This document shows, piece after piece, positions 28,301-40,300 of a DNA stretch of 64,000 bases (position 1 is the first letter of the stretch; every line of letters starts with the position of its first letter). The notes under the pieces were generated by a model that was given only the letters and a program-made list of their open reading frames with translations, had not been told where the DNA came from and searched no databases. The translations under genes and the position numbers were made by a program. The DNA comes from Botryllus schlosseri (lineage: Eukaryota): assembly GCA_051294905.1 (NCBI GenBank), contig CM119376.1, positions 9,672,001 through 9,736,000 of the forward strand, written 5' to 3'.

Positions 28301-31300
28301 TGGTGTTGGGTGTCGCAGTGGTACTGCCTTCCGGACAATAAAATCCGCCCGCACACTGTCCGGCTGGCTCTTCCAGCCCTGGGGCATCACAATACATCCC
28401 GGCCGTACACGGCAAGCATTCCGTATCGCTCTTCAAGTTTGTCGCATTGGAATAACTTCCCACCGGACAATCCTTTCTTTCCGTGGTTCCTGCTGCACAG
28501 TATTTACCGGCGCCGCACTCCTCTTGCTGGCGACTGGTGGAATTGGCAGGGCAGAAATACCCAGCATCACAAGAGCCTGATGTTCCGGTCATGTTATATT
28601 CCGCGCAGTATTGACCTGGAAATGATACGAAAACTTTAGTAAAAGCACAATAACGGACGGACGTTGTCAGTAACGAACAACTTTTAGACTTTCAAAGAGC
28701 TTCTTGGAGGTACAGAACTTCGATATACAGTTGAGTAGTATATTCATATTGAAATGATCAAAAATATTTCCGGCTGACACTCTTCAGGAGTGTTCGTCAG
28801 CAATAAATGCATTGAGCTTATTTTAGACATGAACGCGACTCACCAATGTCACATTCCTGGCATTCATCCCGGGAGCCAAGTTTCCCGTTTGATCCATATG
28901 ACCCCGGTGGGCATGGGTAAGGACTTATTGTGCCCTCGGGACAGTAAAATCCCAAAGGACATTCTCCTGTTGTAGAGGTTTCAGACGGCGTTGCCGATGT
29001 TGCTTCGCTGTTGCAGAAATACCTGAACGAGACATACTCCCAAATTGTATTTTTTATGGATCCATTCTCTGAAGCTCGAATGTTATATTCGAGTAGTACA
29101 ACTGTGGCCTATTTTGTCTCAATATTACGTTCTTGCGGCCTCTACGAAATTTGAAAAGTGGCCTGCGACTCGTTTTAAGTTGGCGACCCATTATCTATAG
29201 ACTTTGAATCAACTGGAATCTTTTCTAGATAAGGAGTGGAATTTGAGCATGATACAAATGACATCATGATTTGAATTTGTTATTATTATTATTGAAACCG
29301 CTCATTACTGATTAGTAGGGCGATTTTTTTTGACCTAAAAAACGGAAGATTTATGACCTAAAAAATCTAAATTTTGACTTTTTTTGACCTAAAAAAACTG
29401 AGATTTGACCAAATTTTGACCTTACATATGCAAATTAGGTGTTTTCGCACATAATGTCAAAATTGTACTACTTATCTTCATTTCTGGTTGGAACTGTCTG
29501 TACTTACAAAGTAGATTGGCCTGAAAAAACGTTTTGGGCATAAAAACTAGCAAATTTTACATGAAAAAACTATTGAATAGTATATTCATATTGAAATGAA
29601 CCGGAATATTTTCGGCTGACACTCGTCAGGGGTAATCGTCAGCAACTAGTAGAGAATTAGAAAGAACATGGTATATCAACAATCGTATCACAAAATATGA
29701 CGTCATTTGTGTGACTTGGAGTCGACTTTTATCAAAATACACCAACCAAAACTCTGTCAACAAAAGGAGTTCGTGTACCACCTAAAAATAGTACATTGAA
29801 CGCTCTCTCTTTCGTGCTGGTGACGTCATATTTTGTGATACGATTGTTGATATACCATGTTCTTTCCAATTCTCTACTAGTTGCTGACGATTACCCCTGA
29901 CGAGTGCCAGTCGAAAATATTCGGGTTCATTTCAATATGAATTACTATTCAATTGTATATTGAAGCTCTGTACCTCCAAGAAGCCCATGAAAAAACTAGT
30001 ATTTTAACGAAATCTGGCCCTATGAAGAATTCCAGTAATTGCATTACGTATTATGGTGGAAATAATTAAAATTTGTTGTAGTACAACGAACGAAAGATAG
30101 CTTACTTTCCTACATTCTCGGGTAGAAAGTGTTTGTCCTTACTAAGTAGCTCGCCAAGAATGGGGAAAGAACGTTAAACAGCAGCAGCTGTTGGCTGACA
30201 ACACTGAAGTTGTGTGCACACTGCTGGGGACATACCGTGTTGCTTCATTCAGACAATGTTGTCTATATCACAATTTTTCAGCTTGCGCTTCTTGATTTAA
30301 GAATCATGCAATGTCCAAGCAGTCTTGCTTCAGTTAGGATATTGCGGTACGTTGATCATAAAACCATGTCACTATTTGTTTCATTTGATCGTTTATGATT
30401 CACACTGAGCAGACGATGGGTCGTTTACAACGGTAGGCCTATAAAGTAGGCTACAAGCTGTAAAATATCAAGTGATAAGTTCACCGACAGCGCAAAATCT
30501 ACGATATAAACGAAATTCAGAGGTCAAAAAATGTTTGACTTTGTAAACAATTTTGACAAATTTTGACCTAACGCTAAAATTTTGACCTAATTTTGACTTT
30601 TTTTGACACGTCCAAAAAAAATCGCCCTACTGATTAGCATAAGAATGCAAGTATAATCCACCAGCTTGTATGTACTTCAAAGCCAGTCAATTATCATCAT
30701 ATAAATGACATTTCATACCCTTGCGAGCACAAATTGATCGGTTCCTCCATTCCGTATTCATTGCAATAATAACCACCGAAACAGGAATTACATTCGTCTT
30801 CAGATTTTGCTCCAGTTTTGTTGTTATATCTCCCAGGGGGACAGGGATTCTCGTATCGAAAAGCAGTGCCGGGCGGACAGTAATACCCTGAAAGTCAGAA
30901 ATTGCCAATCAATCGCCATATCTCCATTAGCAAAAAGAGTATGTACCTTTCACACACTCTGTGTTGTTGAACGTTATGACGGGTCCAGGTGTGGCATCGC
31001 AGTAATATCCCTCTGGGCAAATCTCGCATTCTCCCTGCTGTGATAAGGCTTGATACGTTCCATTTCCGCAAGGCAGCTCTTGCGATGATCCGGACGGGCA
31101 AAAATAACCTTACGTAGAGAAAATTCGGCATATCACATATATACTGGAAAAGCACAAATGAACAATTTATCTAGACAAATACGATAACTGAGTGTTCCCA
31201 ATCTCATTTTCTGCCTCAAATGCAAAACCAAACGCCTAATCCGGAAAATATTGCACACATGAACATGAATTAATAAAGTAATGCTGAAATGAGTTCTTCC

Positions 31301-34300
31301 AAAGTGTCACACTGTTGAAATTGGTGATACCGAATTCAATTCTTCTGAAATAAATCTGTGTATAGCTTTGTGCAATATTTGTCTTTAAAGTTAAATTTAT
31401 AAAATATTGTTAATATCGGCATGAGAGAGCTATCGACATGCATATTACCTCAAACTTTCCAAACTTATATTATACTACATCATCTCACAGCAAACTGTAA
31501 ATTTCCAGGATAATTGGTCGGAAGAGGTAATTATTGTCATACAAACTACACAGATGGCATTGCATACTTAAATCTGCCAATAAATCAGGGCTAAACGGAA
31601 AATGAGGTTGAGTCGGTAAAAATGACATGAAATTACAGTGTCCTAGTGATAACATATAAGTAGGCTATCTTCTTTTCTACCAAAAACCTTACCGCTGCTA
31701 CAAATGTACTCCGTCGGTGTAGATGTGCTTTGGCCGCCTGGGCAATAATATCCAACGGAACAATTCCCAGATACTTCAGTTAGATTGTGGCCACTGCAGT
31801 ATTTCCCAGGATCGCATTCATTGCAGTCCGATATATTTTTGCTTTCCCAAGTGTCGACGTAGGTCCCAGGCGGACAAGCTTCACCGAAGTCAGATCCTTT
31901 CGGGCAATACCGGCCAGGAGGACAAGGCCCACCTAAGTAAAAAGATATGATGCAAAACTCAATAGCACATATCGGATGATATTAAGAGTCACATAATTTG
32001 TATATAATTTGCTTCAACGGGATTGAACTAGAAGTATTAGAGTAACACTAATATATGAAATCACAACAGTATGGATTTGAAATTTCGAATATGTAACTTT
32101 GATGCGACCACAAATAACATAATACCATTTACACTACTTTGAAGGCAATTTGGTATTTTTCGATCATATCCATATCACATGCTTTTATGAGAATTTTCTT
32201 GGTCAATCACTGTTTGACAGAAATGTCACTTATGCCAACGTGCACAGCTTTGTGCAACATATTTCAGATGTCTCAAAGTCTCCGCATCAGACTGAAGTAT
32301 TTAAATCAGCGGTTATCAACCTTTTTTCGACTCATCGCCCCCATATCAATCTTGACACAAATTTTCGCTCCCCATATTTACGGATTCGAAAAAGAGGACA
32401 TATAATCAGGAAATTTATCCAGCCAACTGTGATCGTTGGTGAATTTACAAAAATAGGTCATTTTTTCTGAGGTGGTAGGTGCTCGCAAAACTGGTTTCCG
32501 TGTCTACTTTCCGTTGAGTTGACCTTTTTACAAATGCGTAAAATGACTCGACTCGAGTCAATTTTTGTATTGACTCGACATGTACTCGAGTCATTGTGCA
32601 TCACTCTTACCAAGTCGTGACACTAGGACGGCCAAGACAGACATTTCATTGTAAATTCGAAGAATAGTAAAGTTACCACATGATTGGTATTTCGTCTATC
32701 AGTCGTGATACTTGGAAAATAGGGCCAGAAACTGTTAAGACTGAAGGAAAATTACTATATTATATATGACTTGGACTCGAACTTGAGTCAAAACACTGTA
32801 CTAGCTGACTTGTACTTGGACTTGACTTGGCGGTGAATTGAAAATGACTCGACTTTACTCGAGTCAAAACTATAAAAGTGAGATTGACTCGTGACTCAAT
32901 CGACTCAAATTGTTGCAATTAATGATCTGCTCAGTTCGAATTCAAGAACTGTGCCAGCTCTAGTAATCATAAATGATTACTTTCGTCACATCACCTGATA
33001 TTCATGATAGTGAGATTGAGAACCACTGAAATAAATCCCTCAATCAAATTCTATACCTGTTGAGTCACTTCCATCAGGATTAGCTTTAGCGCTACCACCG
33101 GAGCAATAAAACCCCTCGTCGCATTCATTAGCGGGTTCGCTCAATCCATCTATATCACAATACCACCCGGCAGTACAGGGTATCGGTGCGGCTGCCCCTG
33201 ATGGGCAATAAAATCCGGCAGTACATCGTCCCCCACCATCCGTTGCATTGTACGGTTCGGCCACGGTGGCGCTTAAAGTGCAATAAAAACCGGCAGAGCA
33301 GTTGCCGGTCGGCTCACTGGAGCCAGTCGTGCAGTATTGACCTGGGAATGAAAAGATGATCAACTCATACGGAACACGTCGACACCAAAAATAATTGTAG
33401 ATCATGCATTTGTTAATTGGTTTGATTTGTCGTTTTATGAACTTCGAATGTTACAGGATCGCAAAGCGACGAACACAGAACCATGCTGAAAGGCCTAGTG
33501 AAGCAATTAAATGTATTGAGGTTCAATTCTGAGATAGCAGAGCATGGACACAAATTGGATACAGCCGGTTTTTGTATGTAAAACTCTGCGAACTGATTAA
33601 TTATTTATAATCAATATAGGAATATAATAAATTTATCAAGATCAGATCAAATTATTATCGTATACTTGTTCAAGCACACTTGTCATAGTAAACAAATTTG
33701 GAAAGTTGGCATCAGAATTTTAAACAGCTTTAAGACGGATAATCATTTTAAATCAGACTAATTTTCAGAGAACTTACAAGCAGACTTCAGGACAGTCGTA
33801 CTGTCATCAATGCGTAACATTCGAGAAATAAAAACCGTAACACAATCAAGCTAACAAACGTCAATGAGTTTGCAGTATGACTTTTTATGTACAAAAGGAA
33901 TGCGAAAATAATCAGTTTTCGCTGAACTATTGACAAGTCCCATGCGGGGCTAGTCTCGCAGACCGCAGTTGTTTTCAATTGCGCTTGTTATTTGCTAGTC
34001 TTTATATTTGAGTACGTTTTTAGAGGAATCAGTTCGCCAATGTAACTGTCCTTATTTGTATTCGGTTTTTCCAATCATTGTAATTTTGCGATTTTAGTGA
34101 TTTGTACGATTTTCAGTGATTTTGATTACTCTTTAATTATCTCTTCGCTAGTGTATAAATTGCCCTCGTTACCGTTGTCTCGGCGCTCCTTTCCATCGAG
34201 CAACGGACGAGCAAGCACTATTGCGAATCTTGCTTACGCGTCTTCGTGTTTCAACCTAAGCCTTGTTTCAATTTAGAGAGCTTGATTGTGTTACATTGAA

Positions 34301-37300
34301 TACAAGACTGATACGCAAGGTTTGCCGAGTCCGCGGTAGCAGATTTTAGTGCAGACAGGATTTGACGCCTGCTAAATCGGCACTCATTGACAACGAAGTG
34401 TCGCGTCGAAACAGTAGTAAAGAGCAATACACATAAATTCACAATCCTTTAGCTAAATAACAAATACTGCTCTGAAAATAGTATGAGGATTCGCTAGGAT
34501 TTATACCAAGTCACATCCAACTCATTAGAAGATTAACAAGATTTTACCGGGCCGACAAGCAGTACAGTCACTCAAGCTTTTTGCTTCTGTGATACCGCTG
34601 TATGTTCCTGCCGGGCAGCGAAATTGATTTCTCGACTCTGTCCCATTAGGACAATAATTTCCGGCTGGACACGGCTCGCCAGCAGTTGCATTTGCAACAC
34701 AGTAAAATCCCTGGAAGAACAAGGTGTGTAAATACATTTTAGACACAAGCATCGACAACCAGGGCTGGGCAGAATCGAGTGCCTGAGTGATTAGATTTCC
34801 AATCAAGTATCTGGCTTCTAGTCAAGTCGAGAATTGAGTATTAGTTATAAACATGGCATAAAGTACCAATAAGACGGAATGAAATTTATGTCTTTTATGC
34901 AACTATAAAGAAATAATGCCAGTTATCCACCTCAAAAAATTATAACTTGGGGAATTTGGACCATTCCTATTTTTTGCGATTTGTAACGGTATTGATCACT
35001 ACTTCACAGAAATTCATATCCGCTAACAATCAACGGTTTCAAGCCGGTTTGTAATGACTCGAGTAATAACCGGCCAAGACAGACATTTCATTTTAACTTT
35101 GATTAAAGTAAAGTCACGAAGCTATTACAATTTCGTCTATCAGTCCTGATACTAGGAGAATAGGGACAGAAACTGTCACTACTGGGGAAAATTGCTATAT
35201 TATGAATGCGAGCCATTCTATATCACTCGATCATAGTTGAAAAAAGTGGGTTGATCCACACTCGACTCAAAACACTATGACTCGGACTCGACCTTCAAAC
35301 TAGCTGACTTGGAATCGGACTTAAGTCGGTGGAGAATTGAAAACGACTCAAGTTAAAACTATAAATTGAGATTGACTTGTGACTCGGAACCTTGTAACCT
35401 GGTTACAGTTCAGGTTTCAATTGAGGTTTACAGCACAGTTGGGAAAAAATATCAAAACTATAATTTTCTTTGATAATAAAATTCTTATCGAAAGGGAAAT
35501 ATATTTCCAAAAATTATCTCTCGCTTTTCGACTTGAATCATGATGCTCAATACTCAGACTCAATTACTTAAATCATTGTGCCCAGGCCTATGGATAATAT
35601 TACCTCCGGGCATATTTTGCAAGCGGAAAGTCCCAATACGTCAGCATAGGTCCCGGATTCGCACGCAATCGGAACCTCTGCTCCTGCCGGACAAAAATGC
35701 CCAAATGGGCATATATCACCCCATCCTGTGCTGGCGTTGGGGGCGGATACTTGGGAACCGCCGGTGCAATAATAACCCGGGTCGCATTCGCCGGTCTCCG
35801 TTGTTCTTCCCAGCTCATCGCAAAAATATCTGTGTGCAGAGAAAGATTTTTGGTGTGTAAAAATAAAATGTAAATCGAGCTGTTTGTATCTTTATAAAAG
35901 CACTGGGACTAAAAATGATGTCTACTCGCCTTTTGAGTCCCTGTAAATATGACGATGATTTGATATACTATTTCAGTTAGAGTTGTATTTGAGATGTTAC
36001 AAAACCGTATTCGCCCTTTGATTTTAAAGTAGGATTCTGTTTCATCCGGCATGCAGTTTTACATATGGAAGAACATCATTGGATCATTGGATTTTTAGAC
36101 GTCAAAATTGTGTATCAAAAATAGTTTGGTCATATCAGAGGTGGAACGTAGCAAATTTCTTTTACATTATAGAATACTCAAACGCTGCTTCTCTGCTTAC
36201 ACCACAGACCCAATTTTTTCTCCAATTTTTACTTGAATCAGTCGATGTCTGTATTAGAAATTACTACCTCGACTTATGTTTGAGATTTACAATATCAGCT
36301 GTGCTGCCGTTTGAGTAGAATTACTGACTACTTTTACCAACTGCATGTCATCTCCAAAGCTTTTGTGGGTCCATATGAAGATCAAAGCCGCATATTAGCT
36401 ATTTCAGGTAAAATTAGTCTCCACACATACCCAGGAGTACACGTGTTGCATTGATCTTGAGATTTGAGCTGTCCCTCGTCAGAAAATGTTCCTCTGGGGC
36501 ACCTTACTGGAGCCGGCGATCCCTCGATACAATACGATCCAGCCGGACATGGTCCACAGTCATAGACGGTGTCGAACGAGTCAACGACGGCGCATGAGAA
36601 CGGATTGATCGAACCGGCTGTACCGTTAGAGTAAAATCCTGCAGCGATCCGACCTAAATTGGCAGCAGAATGGTTGAACTAGGAACAGATTTCTGCGAGA
36701 CACGAGTGTGTGAATTTATTTACAAGAAAATGAAGTGTTTTAATTTGGTTCTCTCACGGATATCTCCAGCAATTTGACAAAGTACAATGATTTTAACCTT
36801 TTTTCAAAGCCCTTTCTCTTGTGTACCGCAATACGACTGTGATACACTTGGAAGGGGGCCTAAACATTCAGACAACGTTGTAAGTGTAACAAGTGTCATA
36901 GCGGAGAGGTATTGTATAAGTGTCGGTTTACCTGCGATGTGCTACATGTTTAACGTGATATCAGTATCTTATTATCTAACTGTGATCGGTATTACAGAAT
37001 AATCATGAAGCAATTCATTGTAATGATGATAGAAAGAATTCATGAGATATGTATGTTTTATTTGCTTCGACTTGATATATTGATCAGTGTAATGGGAATT
37101 AAATACTTCCCTATTACTCAAATTTCAAGAGATTCTTGGCGGTATGGAACTTCAATATAAAATTCAATAGTATATTCATATTGAAATGAACCCGGGTATT
37201 TTCGGCTAAAAAATGAAAATATCACCGGCATGAAACTTCGAAAAATCAGGTTCATTTCAATATGAATATACTATTGAATTGTACACTCAAATTTCCTTCA

Positions 37301-40300
37301 TGAAAGCCAAAACGACAATAGCGATGACATATCTGTACATATCACAGATTTCGAGGTTCCACACTCGGACTGTTCGAATTTGAAATATTCATCCAAAGCG
37401 GATGAATGTTTCGTTCTAAATTTAAGACACCGTAAAAAAAATCATGTCCATGTCCAACATCAATACACCTGATGCTAATGTAAGAAATATGTAATGTGCT
37501 TATAAAGCTTCTCTCAAGATGCCTCTCTGGTTATATATATTACGACCTACAGAGTTACACAATAGTCGTTACTCTTCACTTCATGTAGCTTCAACCATCA
37601 TAAATCTAAATTTGAATTATTTGCAATGACAATGATATTGAGAAGAGCTTGAATATACCACTGAACTGATTTACATCTGGACTCTTAATTTCTTAATCTA
37701 CCGCAATCCGTTAGACTGTATTACTGAAATTTTAAAATTGTAGGCTTCAATCAGGTTCCTGCCCAGATTGTGTGCGTATTTACCAGTTTTACTGTGAATA
37801 AAGAATATATTATTATAACAATTCTTAGAGTACCAATTATAGGATTGTGCCATCCCTAAAGTTGGGTACTGCACACAAGTGCAATAAAATAGAACAACTA
37901 TAACGATATACAGAAGAGACGGAGTTCATAGTTGTAGCGAAAGTATGAGCAACACTGTGGTTGGAATGCAAATGGAAATAAATAATTTCTCTCTAAAGAT
38001 ACTGCAAATATGTGATGAACCGCAGAAAGAGGTGAGGTTGAGTTGTGATCATGTAAAGCAGTGGTTCCCAACCTTTTTCCACCCACGTACTATTTCGAGG
38101 TTTTATGCAGTGCTCGCGTACCACCTACATTTGTTACACGCGCCAAATGTGGTATTTATGATGTCACAATCGTGTATTTGACCTATGAGAGCTGTAATAC
38201 CAAATTCTAATAAACTAGGTATTATCAGCCAAGGTTGATGGGATGCATGGAATTGTTTTTTCACCACCAGTTACAAGAAGAACAACATAATGAAATAACA
38301 ACAAGCAACAAAAGTCAATTTATTTAATGCGATGACTACATTTGTTTATTTTTCACTAGCTGGTCGATGCGTGGCACACATTTGCTCACAGGACAGTGTC
38401 CACTATGGTGCGGACAGCATAGTGTCCTATATGGTGTGGACTCAAGCAAATCTCACGGCTCAGTGAGATTGGTTTACGACGTCACACTTTCATTTTGATC
38501 AAAGGCAATTTGACGGTAATTTTTTACCCGCTTGCTGAGCATTGAATGTGATAAAAGGGATATCAATTGAAAGATGCCGCGGTACTGATTGCGAAAATAT
38601 AAATTTTATTCTGCTCTTGGTCCTGGAATCCCCCCAAATCAGCCTGGAATGTTGCATTATAACGGAGTTCGGTATTGTGACGCAACCATGCCATCTGTGA
38701 GCAGGTGAGGAGCAGCTCAAACAGCAAGCGTATTGGCCATTGTTGCGCAACCGATTGAGCATTCACACTCTGACTCTTGTGCGCACTTGCTCCTGATCTG
38801 CTCAGACGGCATGGTTGCGTCACAACACAAAACTCCGTTACAATGCAACATTCGCTTCGAGGCTGATTTTGGGGGGTTCCAGGACCACGAGCAGAATAAA
38901 ATTTATATTTTTACAATCAGTATCGCAGCAGCTTCCCATTGATACCCATTTTATCAAATTTAATGCTCGGCAAGCTGGTCAAAAATTACCGTCAAAATGC
39001 CTTTGACCAAACGGGAAAGTGTGACGTAGACCAATGTCACTGAGCCGTGAGATTTGCTTGTGTCGACACCATATAGGAAACAATGCTAACAGCGCATCGA
39101 AAGTCACGCATGGGCGCAAGAAGTCGATTCCGTTTCTTTGACTTGCTAGTCATCAGGGATGAAAATCCTTGACTCACACGTAGAAGGGAAAATTAGCAGC
39201 TGGGGAATAGCGTGAGAAGCTAGCGTCGAGTACGAGGAAGCCACGCTAAGTCAGAGGTTTATTGGAGAACAATCTTTGTGTTCAACCCCACCTGAGCTAA
39301 TAACTCCGGTCGGTTGAGAAAAAAAAACAGAATCTACTCACGTACCACCTGGAACACCTTCGCGTACCACACATTGGGAACCACTGATGTAAAGTAACAA
39401 AACCTATACATTCATTTTCATAAATTTGAAAATTACAATCCAGTCCTGATCTAGAAAAAAATACCTCCATGTGAATACCCACCTCGCGGTCCAGTTAGAC
39501 CTGTTTCGTCACAAAAGTATCCGGGATCGCACGGCCTGCAATCCGCTTCTGCCGACAGGCCAGTCACATTACTATAAGTTCCTACGGGACACGGCTTTTC
39601 AACGTCTTCCAACTGCCGCTTCGACGGGTCGGGATTGTCGCCTTGCGTGCCTATGCAGTAATGTCCGGCCGAGCAAAGCTCCGGGCTTCGGTTCATCACG
39701 CAAAAGTACCCCGGTTCGCAGTTGACACACTGTAAAATTCACAGCTCATGCAAGGAGTGCTATTTACAGAGATGGTGAGTAACGAAGCTCTTATCCCCTT
39801 TTGGGAGTACTCGAGTATATTTTTCCACTTGTACTTCTTAATCAAGTTATTATATTTTAGACTGCTCTCAGTTGAATTGTTTCTAGGCAAAACTACTTAC
39901 TTTTTAGGATTCAGGTATGGAAAAGTAGTTTGGAGTTTAGTTAGCATCACTTTAATGAGTAGAAATTGTCATAAGAACCGCTTGAAATAGTCCTCGCATC
40001 ATGATTACTGAATATATTTCGAATATTGCAACTATTTTTTAGAATCTTCAAATTATATTCTCATCTTATTAGATAAGAGGAAGCCAAATGACAATTTACG
40101 GTCTTTAAACTAGCAGCCACCTGGACCTAGTGCCCGATATCACAGTTCTTTTTCGATTTTATTCCGCGGCTCTTTCCATTGCCTGTGAGTGGAGACGTGG
40201 AGGAAAAGAAGCCTAGCTGAATCTCCGACGCAGAACCGAACCCAGACTGCCCGGGTAGCAGGCGCTTATCGTCACCCTGCGGTTGTTTTTCATCCACCGC

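Larger units (their letters stand above)
29573..29985. mobile_element. Family A inverted-pLTR element (Penelope-like, non-autonomous)
   Basis: ~130-bp inverted arms (29573-29705 / 29821-29952) plus ~32-nt tail on the right only; 13-bp flanking direct repeat CATGAAAAAACTA. Confidence 0.75.
29316..30629. mobile_element. Non-autonomous hAT element, 1,314 bp, containing a nested family A copy
   Basis: TIR TAGGGCGATTTTTTTT; 8-bp TSD CTGATTAG (29308-15 / 30630-37); subterminal TTTTGACC repeats. Confidence 0.9.

Noticed and set aside
39120-39160. CTGATGA...GAAA on the minus strand as another hammerhead
   Set aside because: No stem II closing pair and no stem I/III complementarity.
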